Source: Selaginella moellendorffii
Taxonomy: Eukaryota; Plantae; Lycopodiophyta
Reading direction: 5' to 3'
Length of the DNA: 64,000 nt
Assembly (NCBI RefSeq): GCF_000143415.4
Contig: NW_003314322.1
Span: 308,408-372,407 of the forward strand
Positions within the stretch are counted from its first letter, which is position 1; every line of letters starts with the position of its first letter. Shown one piece after another: positions 23,631 to 33,400 of this stretch. Both the position numbers and the translations under genes were made by a program. The notes below the pieces were generated by a model. The model ran no database searches, was not told the DNA's origin, and was given only the letters and a program-made list of their open reading frames with translations.

Positions 23631-26600
23631 ATGGCCTTCAGGGTTGGGGAAAAGGTTTACATTTTGAATGGTGGGAAGAGAGTTGCAAAAGGGACCCTTG
23701 TGTCTATGGATCGGAACTTTGTTATACACTGTGAAAGGCTTGGGGAAGGCAATGCTGCTGTATCAGTAGAGACTGTCTTCGATGGGAATGTGGTCGCTAT
23801 TGAACGAGGAGAGATGGTCGTCGGGGTAAATGTTGTTGTTGCCTTGAAAAATCTTCAGAAGAAAGCAGATGTTGGGGACAGCGCAAGTGCGACGCATGTT
23901 CCCTCCGTGGATCTTAAGAATCGTGCTACATGGATTCAGGCAAAAGTGTTTCTAAACAACCCCGAGGGGGAGGTGGTAGCTGAGGGCTTAGCCACAGTTG
24001 TCGATCCAAGAGATGCGGTTGCTAATCAAGAATTGGGCTGGGATGATATTGGAGTTGCGATTTTAGAGGTTGTTGACACAGAAGAAAACAGTCTGACTAT
24101 TGGAAGCATTGTGCGGTGGAAATTGAGGCACTTAGTGTTTGAGAATGTGAAGGATTCACAATCAAACACCACTACAACTGATGACAGAACATCTCTTCAT
24201 GGGAAAAGAAAGTACACCTTCCTAAAGCGCAGCCAAAGGGATCTGAGCAACGAACCGAAAAGGCAGAAAATGGCGATGGAGGTTCGAATGGTCTCGACAG
24301 TTGCTTGTTGCAAGAGGAGGTGCTGTCAACATGCTGATTGGGATGCTATTGAAGAGGAGAGAGCAAGATACAAGACATTGTCCTGGAAGGCAGCTCGCAA
24401 TTTTGTGTATGAGGCATTACGGTCATCTGTTGATGCTTCAGAACATCAGGTGGGGGGCATGGTCTTCCAGAGGGGTTTGGTCTGCATGAAGGCATGGAGA
24501 ATCATTTATGGAGTCCCTCGAAGCACATTCTACAGAATCAAAACTGAGTTCGAGGAACAAAGGGTTCAACAGGCAGTCCATGGGAACGACGGTACGCACA
24601 AAACCAGGGGTCATGTTGTATATGGAGAGGCAATCTTCAAGAGGTTTGTCGAGACATGTAGCGAGCAGCAACCACATAAAACCCGCCTCTTGGAAGATGG
24701 AACACGAGACACCCAACGAGTTCTCCCTTCCATGTATACCAAGGGGGCCATATTGGAAGATGTGAATCGGGAACTCCAGAGTAATGGCTACAGGAAGCTG
24801 AGCCAATCTAGATTTAGTAGATTGTGGAGCAACAGGTTCAGGGATGTGAGTATAGGAAAGAACTCCAGCTTTTCAAAGTGTGACGAGTGCACTGCTATCA
24901 AAATGGCTTTGTCGAAGAATTCTTGCAGCGCTCAAGAGCGAGAGACGTTGGTTAGAAGGCGGCTCGACCACAACATCGAGCAGAGAAGCTGCAGGACTGC
25001 ATATTATCATAACAGGATTCTCTCCATGGAGAGACCTGACTCTTACCTCTGCATCATCCACGACAAAATGGACCAGAAAAAGACGTGCTTACCTCGACTC
25101 AATCCTGCCCCCAAGGCAATCTCTTCATCCATGCAGCTGCCTGTGTCTCTGTTTGGCATAATCGCTCATGGGCATGGTGCCCAGAACTATGGGAACTTCT
25201 TTGTACCTCTATGGGGTGGCGGGGGTGCAAACATGATGATTGCGTCCCTAGCAAAACACTTAAGGTCTCTGCAAAGTGCGCAGACTGAGCTGAACGGCCA
25301 ACCCTTGCATAAGGCCCTTGTCGATCGAACCCCATACAGGGTTCAGCTGGAGGAGGAGCAAAGGCTTGCAGTATCGCGTGGGGCCCCATGCCATCCCAGT
25401 GAATATGTTGGCCGTCAGATTGTAGGGTTATCACGTGAGGCCTCATGCCATTCCGACGAGGCTGGTCGCCCGGTGAATGCACAGCCTCATCCAAACGAAG
25501 CAGAATCTCAAGGAAGTTCTTGCGGCCGATGTGGCCTTCCACCCCATCTTCTGCTCCAAACAGACAATGCTGGCAGTGAGAACAAAAACATGTACGTCTT
25601 CGCGTACTTGGCGATGCTTGTTGCCAAAGGCATATTTGAAACGGTTACACTTGGCTTTCTCATGGTTGGGCACACTCATGAAGACGTCGATGCCATGTTC
25701 AGTCACCTGGCAGAGTCCCTCCGGCGATCCAATGTCCTCACCCTCCCACAACTCTACGATGAATTCCAAAATTGCATCAAAGGCACTGTTGAAGCTGCAC
25801 TTCTGACAGAGGTTCCAGACTTTAAGGGGTTTGTAAGAGGCTACATCAGGGATGGATCCGAAACGCTGATTGGCCACTCCAAGCCTCTTCAGTTTCATTT
25901 CAGCATGTGTGACGGTGCTCCAGTGATGAGGTACAAGATGAGAGAATGGGACACAGTGTGGCTGCCAGTGGACGGCATTGAACTCTTCAAGAGAGATCCC
26001 ATAACTGGGGAACCTATGATTCCTCAGGGTTCCCCACGGCCGATGCACCCGGATGGACTCAAAGACCAGGAAAGTATAGTGGCCGGGATTAGACAGCATA
26101 TTGCCTTCTGGAAGAGGGGGTTGGTGTTTGGTGGAGAATCCTATTTTCAGAGGTGCAAGCCTTTGCTCGAATACTGGGAGAAGATTATATCTGCTATCCA
26201 AAATGGGCCGGTTGTATATGAAGAATTGGAAGAGTCCTTTTGGCCAGAACCCAGAGCACCAGATAGTAGCGGAACAATGTCCTCTGGAAATGCAGTGACA
26301 GATAACGATGTTGAGGATCACTATTGTGGGCCGAGGAACAAGAAGCCGGATTCAGCATTCAATCCAGTACAGGTCTGCAAAGGAATGGTCGTGCTTGTCA
26401 GACCCAGTAATAAAAAACAAATGATATGGGTGGGGCGCTGCATCACTGATGCAGAGGAGGACGCGGAAACTAACTCCTTCAATGTAACTGTGGAGTGGTT
26501 CAAGCCAAGTTCCGGATATACGAAGGATTGCCTAGAAAAGAGATGGGTGCTGAATCCAAGGGATCCCAGCATGAGCATATCGGTGGATAATGTTGTGCAT

Positions 26601-26699
26601 GGTTGGATGCGGAAGCAGAGTGCCACCATCACCTTGCCAGACCATGCAAGAGATGCAGCAAGAGCATTCATAACTCGGGTTCAAGGTGAGATTCATTAA
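23631..26699 (+). CDS. Sola1-like DDD/E transposase (1022 aa, apparently intact)
   Basis: CCKRRCC, VCMKAW..YGV and CDEC..H cysteine motifs; catalytic-type motifs IIHDKMDQKK, LQTDNAGSENKN, FLMVGHTHEDVDAMFS; lies between TIRs. Probable small last exon after an intron starting ~26686. Confidence 0.85.
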   Translation: MAFRVGEKVYILNGGKRVAKGTLVSMDRNFVIHCERLGEGNAAVSVETVFDGNVVAIERGEMVVGVNVVVALKNLQKKADVGDSASATHVPSVDLKNRATWIQAKVFLNNPEGEVVAEGLATVVDPRDAVANQELGWDDIGVAILEVVDTEENSLTIGSIVRWKLRHLVFENVKDSQSNTTTTDDRTSLHGKRKYTFLKRSQRDLSNEPKRQKMAMEVRMVSTVACCKRRCCQHADWDAIEEERARYKTLSWKAARNFVYEALRSSVDASEHQVGGMVFQRGLVCMKAWRIIYGVPRSTFYRIKTEFEEQRVQQAVHGNDGTHKTRGHVVYGEAIFKRFVETCSEQQPHKTRLLEDGTRDTQRVLPSMYTKGAILEDVNRELQSNGYRKLSQSRFSRLWSNRFRDVSIGKNSSFSKCDECTAIKMALSKNSCSAQERETLVRRRLDHNIEQRSCRTAYYHNRILSMERPDSYLCIIHDKMDQKKTCLPRLNPAPKAISSSMQLPVSLFGIIAHGHGAQNYGNFFVPLWGGGGANMMIASLAKHLRSLQSAQTELNGQPLHKALVDRTPYRVQLEEEQRLAVSRGAPCHPSEYVGRQIVGLSREASCHSDEAGRPVNAQPHPNEAESQGSSCGRCGLPPHLLLQTDNAGSENKNMYVFAYLAMLVAKGIFETVTLGFLMVGHTHEDVDAMFSHLAESLRRSNVLTLPQLYDEFQNCIKGTVEAALLTEVPDFKGFVRGYIRDGSETLIGHSKPLQFHFSMCDGAPVMRYKMREWDTVWLPVDGIELFKRDPITGEPMIPQGSPRPMHPDGLKDQESIVAGIRQHIAFWKRGLVFGGESYFQRCKPLLEYWEKIISAIQNGPVVYEELEESFWPEPRAPDSSGTMSSGNAVTDNDVEDHYCGPRNKKPDSAFNPVQVCKGMVVLVRPSNKKQMIWVGRCITDAEEDAETNSFNVTVEWFKPSSGYTKDCLEKRWVLNPRDPSMSISVDNVVHGWMRKQSATITLPDHARDAARAFITRVQGEIH

Positions 26700-26987
26700 T
26701 ATTCCTTTACAAAGTTTCTAATGTATTTTATTTCAAGGTGAACAATCCGAATCTGAATCAGAGGAGGCTTGCTATAGTGTGTGAGGTAAAACAAAGATGA
26801 TGTGACATATGCATTTACCAATCACACGTGCATAAATCTAATAATATGGCGTGTGGCCCATATTAATGGCACATAAACCCATATTGTGGGCTTACGTGCT
26901 TTATGTACCATCATTCCCTTGCAGCGTGTGTGTTGGTTTCCTTTTATAACACAACGAACTCCATATTTTAGGGTGAAGAGCGTTCTC

Positions 26988-27245
26988 ATGGCAAGCACAA
27001 AATCTGTAAGTGAGGCAGAAAAGGAGACGGAGAAGGAGATAGGTGAAGATGTAGAATATATAAGTCTTCCAAACTCCCCGTACTATACTCCAGGTGATCA
27101 TTTTTCTGAACAAACGGCAACATTAACAACTATCGAGAACGCCCCAGTAACGTCAGAGACAACAATCCAAAGCAAAACAACTGACCCGGAGAAGGATGAT
27201 AGTACCGCTGAGAGTACCAAAAAGGAGGTGTCCACTAGCGCTTAG
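26988..27245 (+). other. Short S/T/E-rich ORF conserved in both element copies (possible exon or small gene)
   Basis: MASTKSVSEAEKE...; open in both copies (53391-53648); no recognisable domain. Confidence 0.25.
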
Positions 27246-27881
27246 GCTTATAATGGCGTGTGCCCTCATGCCATTTACTTGATCACCAAATACCTTTTTC
27301 CCTTTGCACTAGTATATCTTAATACCGGTCTGAGAAATAGAATGGCATGTGCCCTCAGGCCTTTTACTAAATCACCTTTGAAAGAAATGCAAGCCTCTAT
27401 GTCGTAAAAAAAAGGTACTAGAGAAATTCCTTAATAATATGAATGTTATTTAGTTTCATGAAAATACACTAAGGGTCAAATGAGTTAAATGACTTCTCCA
27501 GACTAGCAATGCCTCTTGCTACACCTTCACAATTAGATTCGTTAGAAAAAGATAACATTGAATAATATCTAAATGTTCTCACCATTAAGTTATATGTCTG
27601 GCTAATAGGAATGATGTTCATCTTGGAAAGCTCACCACACGCTCAATGAACAAACAAATAGTGTGTGCGCGCATGCCATCGCTCTTCTTTAGCTTCAGAT
27701 TCGGCTTGTTCACCTTGACAATGAGATTTATTATACAACTAGATGGACTCAGTCTGGACATAAGGTCACCGCGCTAGTCACCATGCCCCAGATATGTCTA
27801 GCCCCTGGACAAAAAACATATAATTTCACGTCATTTTCAAATACTTGAAAATTTGTACCTAGTCCCATTTTACTGAATAAA

Positions 27882-27905
27882 TCCCACTTTAACGAAATAG
27901 AGCTT
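27882..27905 (-). repeat. Right terminal inverted repeat, copy 1
   Basis: TCCCACTTTAACGAAATAGAGCTT. Confidence 0.95.
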
Positions 27906-28519
27906 ACTTGCAGCTTATTGATCCTTGCCCTTCCTAAAGGCTTAGGCCTTCCCTTCGGGATGGAAGTGGGGGAGTAGGGGTAAACATACTAAGCTATTAG
28001 GCCATGGTGTTTCCCCTCGATGTCCTGAAGCAAGTGTTGCACCCAAGCCTTTGGATTTAGAGGGTCCTATGATCAAGTTTTGTTGTACCAAGGGATGTTA
28101 GGAATCTAGTGGCTTGGTGTGCTTGGTTGCTTGTGCCGGGGGGGAGTGTAGCCAAACCTTAAGTCCAGTCTAACCCAGAAAGGGGGATTGGGAAAGATTT
28201 GGGAATCCATGGATGGATGGCTAACGCTTTGTTGCTTGTACCGTGAGTAGGTGAAACCAAGTAGGACCAAGTAGAAACTGGTACAATAGGTGGGAATGTT
28301 GGCAAGGGAACTTAACTAAGGCTAAGGCAGTGCTAGTCAGATAAACGAGGTAAGCTGGCAAATTGGAAAAGAAAAATTTATAGCTTACATAGAAATGCAA
28401 ACTTTCAAGACTTAATCAACTTCCTCTTACCTACAACTTCACACAAGTTCACCTCAACACAAATTCTCATGACCTATAGTTTGCTTAAACCTCTAACATT
28501 ATACCCATATTTATGATAT

Positions 28520-29119
28520 TGTTGCAAATGTGACTTCGGGTATCAAAAGTTACTTGTCGGCTAGTCCTTACGGACATTCTTTCCTTACTGCCACGATGGC
28601 AGGAGGTCAATATTGCTAGACCTGTTATGAGTTCCCACTTGGGCTAGTTGAGAAACTGGTCAATGGCCATGCACTTAGATTGGATAAACATAAGGTAGGA
28701 CCTCTATGGGTTTCTTGCTGAGCATACTCGGCCTGGTTTGAGAAACTTCTATAATTAGCTTGCACTTGCTAGTATCAAGAACCCCTGCAATATTGAGATT
28801 GGTCCCTCAATATTTGCTAAATAATAGCTTACCGTGTCTATCAAACACCCTTGCTATCATGCTCTTTGTGTTAGTTTCATTTTGGTCCCAAATGCTATTT
28901 ATGGGAAGTGTCTAGATTTACTCATTTGGCATATCTACAGAATGTAGAGATTGTCCTGAACACAATGGTATTTGTCCTGTGTCCAAATTCACAATCTAGG
29001 GACATTCCATATTTAGTAAATTTCAAGCTTGTCCTAGAGACTAACTCCTAATACTAAGGGAGGCTTGGGGTGAAAGCATAAAGTGTATGTTCCTCAGGAG
29101 GGGGGGGTGCTTTGGAAGG
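28520..29119 (+). mobile_element. Partial family-C LTR
   Basis: Starts TGTTGCAAATGTGAC; colinear with 29120-29720. Confidence 0.7.
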
Positions 29120-30463
29120 TGTTGTGAATGTGACTTTGGGTATCGAAATTACATATCAGCCAATCCTTACAGACACTCTTTCCTTACTGCCACGATGGTA
29201 GGAGGTTGGTATTGCTGGACCCGTTATTAATTTCCTACTTAAGCTAATTGAGAAATTGGTCAATGACCGTGTACTTAAATTGGATAAACATAAGGTAGGA
29301 ACCCTATGTGTTTCTTGCTGAGCATACTCAGCCTAGTTTAAGAAACTCCTATCATTGGCTTGCATTTGCTAGTATCAAGAATCCCCGCGATATTGAGATT
29401 GGTCCCTCAATATCGCTAGATGATAGCTTACCATGTCTGCCAAACACCCTCGCTATCATGCCTTTTGTGTTAGTCTCATTTCAGTCCTAAATACTATTTA
29501 TGGAAATTGTCTAGATTTGCTCATTTGGCATATCTACGGAATGTAGAGATTGTCTTGAACACAATTTTGTTCATCTCGTGTCCAAATTCGCAATTTAGCA
29601 CCATTCCATATTTAGTAAGTTTCGAGCTTGTCCCAGAGACTAACTCCTGATACTAAGGGAGACTTGGGGTGAAAGCCCAAAGCGTGTGTTCCTCAAAGGG
29701 GGGGGGGGGTGGCTGTGGGGGGTTCCAAATGTGTAGTAGGGATAGTGGGTAGGTCAGGCATAGCTGACCAACCTAAGACATAGTCTAGCTTCTACTTGCG
29801 TGTCTGTCCTTGTTCTGCATCCGGTCTGGGTCTAAGCCCAAATTCCATTCCATGCTAGCTGGTGGAGTACCCATATCCTTGTGTTAGACCACCGGTATGC
29901 CGAAATAGTACTAGACTCCATTTGGCTCTGTTTTGCGTGTTGGTCTTGGCATTGGGATGCTGGTTGCTCTATGACTGTTCCAAATCGCTCTGGGCTCTTG
30001 TCCCTTCGCTCCTTGGGCTGTATGCTCAGGAGTTGCTCCGTGGTCCGGTTCCGTCACTCCTTGGCTCCATGCTTGGGAGTTTGGCACCATTCCTTCGTTT
30101 AATGGCCCAAGGCCATGAACCTTGGGTTCTGCACCACTGTCCTTTGGACACATGGCATATGACATGTGGCATGTGTCATGTGACATAAAGAGGGTTTAGG
30201 TTTCGCTTTGTGGTGTTATCCTATGGTAAATCACCATAGGATAAAGGGTTAAAACCATGTGCGCTACATTTGGTATCAGAGGATGAGTCTCGGTGAGTAC
30301 TATCCAATGAGATTGGGCAACTAGTCTCGTTGCATATGCAGAGATGAAAATAATGATCCGAGTGGGTACACGTTTTGGCACAAAGGCTTCGCAATCGTCC
30401 CTTCGGTATGGTTTTTGTTCGGTATGGTTTGTACCTTTTTGTACCGTGATAATGTGAGCTTGC

Positions 30464-33400
30464 TGTAAGCGACTAAATTTTCCATTCTACTTTAGCCCCT
30501 TAACCACACCTCTGACCACTTGGAGGAGTCTCATTCACAACCTCCATAAGTCCAATCCAGGACTTGGGACTTGCTAGCCCCGAGAATGGCATCCATGCCA
30601 CTCAACATTTGCACTTGGTCCAAGTGCCCCACGTGTCCGATCCCATGACCGACACTCAAAGGTACCACCGACATAGCAGCCCGTTACGCTAAGGCCATGC
30701 CCAATCACCTTTGCCACACTGGTAGTCCAATACCACTTGCATCACCGTCTTGGCTCTCCAAGACTAGGCAAACCATCCGTGAGTGGTCATCTCAGATCCA
30801 CTCCTTAGCATCCTTAGGATGCCCACCGACGAGGGGAATAGCCTTCCCCAATATCCCTCTGTCAGTCCCCACTAAGTCCCTTTCTGCCCCTGACCGTGTT
30901 TGCCAACACTGCCACTGGATCGAGACCCACAGGCCCGACCACTAAGTCCCACGGTCCTCTGGGACTTCCTCACCACACGACTGTGTCCTTGGTCACTACC
31001 CCAGAGGACTGCTCCTCTTCCTTTCCACAGTCTGGGCCTTTGGGACAACATTTCGGAACACTGTGGCCTTACGCGAGCCACCTGGGTACTCTCCTCGCCT
31101 TCTGCCCTTGGGTGCTCTAGCCATGGGCTTAGAGCGGGTTCCGTTGAGCCACGCCTGGTATCCAAGTAGGTAGTGCCACCCACACTTGGACTGGGAGCAT
31201 CGGCCAGTCGATCTCCCGGGGGAACTAGAGCCGGCTCTTGAACACTTCACCAAGCTACCCCGCTTGTCGGTCCGTGTTCACTCTAGTCTTGGACTTCCCA
31301 GTGGTCAGCTCATCACCCAACACTGGGTCTGGCCTTCCTGGACCCAACTGGCCCTTCCTGGGCCAAACTGGCCCTTCCTGGGCCAAACTGGCCCTTCCTG
31401 GCCCAACTGGCTCCACTGGGCTCCAACCCCCACACTCTCCCTACTATACTTTTGGAACCCCCCGCAGCCCCCCCCCCCCTGGGAGACGCACGCACCTTCT
31501 CCATATTCGTCAATGGTTTAACATTGAAGGCTCACCATGCCTTTTGCATAGGCCTCCATGGTTTGACACCAAAGGCTCACCATGCCTTGCCTATCCTCTA
31601 AGGAGGGTAGCCTCTCCAACTTAGAGATTGATTGGACCACATGTAGTGGTTCTCGCTAACCCTCTTAGAGACCCTTCTCTAAGTCACTCCCACTACTCCT
31701 TCTCGAGTAGTCTCAATTTCCATCTATGGAACGTTTGCACCTTGGAACTTTTACTCTTTTGACTTTTGGAAGTCAATTTCCTAGGTGTCTCCAACACCTT
31801 GCATTGCACAGATTGTGCAACTCCACTTCCCTATCCTAGGAAGTTCTCTACTTGAGGGCACCATCATCCTCTCTTCTATTTCGTGCCACCTTGGGCACTA
31901 AGTTCCATTTATCATACTTTGTGTCAGGGCTGTCCATGGCCCTATCATTTGGCTACCTTGCCGCTCCCTCACTTGGAGCTTTTACTTCGCCAAATTAGAG
32001 CACTTTGGAATCCATCCTTGGAAACACACTTCCTTTCCCGCGATTTGTTAGCGTCCAACACATTAGTGTTCCTCGCCTAACTTTGCCACTTGGATTCCTT
32101 CCAAGGGATTCCATGGCCCTATCTTGGCCACTCATCTTTTGCTCCTATCCATTGATTGTTGCATCAAGCAACACAGGATCACTACCTCCCTCCTTGAGGT
32201 ATTCTTTTGGTTCCATGGCAAAGCCCCACTTTGCTAAGTCCAGAGGGTGCTCACCCCTAGTAGATCTCTTTAGCATTTTCTGCTATGGGCCCCGTCCACG
32301 GCCCAACTTTGTGACCCTCCTATGGGTCTCTTCTAGAGACTACCTTCCTTGGACACACTATGCCATCGCAATGACATAGCTCATTCCCCTAAGGTGCTTT
32401 TCCCACTTGGTCACCTTGACCAAGCCACACCATCATCGATAGTTCAAATCAACGCTTTGAACTAGGAACCTTATTCCTTAACCCAAACAAAGACCTTGTC
32501 CTTATTTAGCCACAAGATCACCTAGTGATCTCACCTCGGCACCTTAACAGGTTTGCCAATAGGTACTAGGTCTTCCAGACCTTTAACTTGTTAACTACAA
32601 CCCCGGGGGCATCCCCCACACTTGGCGGTGCGCCCAAGCCAGCCCTTCCGGCCAAGGGTCCATAGCAACTGAGACTGGGTGTCCCCATCTCATTCACCAC
32701 GTCCTTGGTGCCACTTGCACCAAAGTGTTCAAGTTAGATATGCTGAGCCACACTAAGCAATCTAACCGTGCATCACGACTCCGAGGCATCCCTCGCTTGG
32801 CGGTGTGCCCAAACCAGTCTCCCCACTGAGAGTCCATGACCACCGAAATATGAGTGTCCCCATATTCCAAACCATCACCTCGCCCTAGTGATTTGGGACT
32901 CGAACCCAGGCACTAGAGGGTCGGGACTCGAACCCAACCTCCGTATATGCATCTACGGACGGCATCACACAAGATGCCTGGCGTGACTCCCCACGCCGGT
33001 GCACCAACCTATATTTAAAGCGCGCTACAGATCACAACTTAGGAACCTAGTTCCTCCGCACTGCCAAGTCCTCTCACTTGACAAGCCTGTGATCATGCAT
33101 GGACTCCTCCATGCTCGGCCCCATGGGCCACCCCTTTGAAGTTGGCTCCTTCAACTAGGGTATTCGTTCCCCCCGACTTGCCAATCTAACTTAGCAAGTC
33201 ATCCGGCCACCATAACATGGTTCATGCATAAGCGTGAAAGTCCTTAACCATCGACTTTTGTTCAAAGCCCTCTCTTTGAACACTCGGGAACTACTTCCCT
33301 AATCTTGCTAGCCCCGCCTCCCGGCAAGCTTCAAGACTACGCTTCTGCTGCGCCACTCTGATTTCGCGCGTTCTATGAACCATTTACACTTGGCCTTTCT

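Larger units (their letters stand above)
12452..27679. repeat. Dispersed 22-bp palindrome family ATGGCRTG-N6-CAYGCCAT (~28 copies in element copy 1)
   Basis: Copies starting at 12733, 13810, 13885, 15121, 15312, 15453, 16920, 20393, 20453, 20530, 21309, 21444, 21603, 21682, 22546, 22618, 22654, 23269, 23367, 23421, 23457, 23527, 25373, 25430, 26846, 27253, 27342, 27658 (some degenerate). Confidence 0.9.
12358..27905. mobile_element. Sola1-like TIR DNA transposon, copy 1 (15,548 bp including a 2,191-bp solo LTR)
   Basis: 24-bp perfect TIR AAGCTCTATTTCGTTAAAGTGGGA (12358-12381 / 27882-27905); TSD ACTT (12354-12357 / 27906-27909); empty site visible at 8293-8305; transposase inside. Confidence 0.93.
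6376..28389 (+). mobile_element. Decayed Ty3/gypsy LTR retrotransposon (family B): 5' LTR ~6376-8760, PBS 8763-8773, gag-pol remnants, 3' LTR ~11970-28389 split by the DNA transposon
   Basis: 6420-6734 plus 8291-8760 match 12030-12357 plus 27910-28389; PBS TGGTATCGAGG; domain order gag-PR-RT-RH-IN. Confidence 0.8.

Noticed and set aside
25443-26321. 292-aa antisense ORF and other ORFs opposite the transposase or cargo exons
   Set aside because: Shadow frames of real coding sequence with no recognisable domains
12452-27679. Palindromic repeats as a CRISPR array or as MITEs
   Set aside because: Irregular spacing, no fixed-length spacers, no cas genes, no individual TSDs, and a eukaryotic context
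12358-27905. Classification as CACTA, Mutator, hAT, Helitron or Polinton
   Set aside because: No CACTA termini; the TSD is 4 bp (not 3, 6, 8 or 9-11); no Rep/helicase or PolB/integrase motifs
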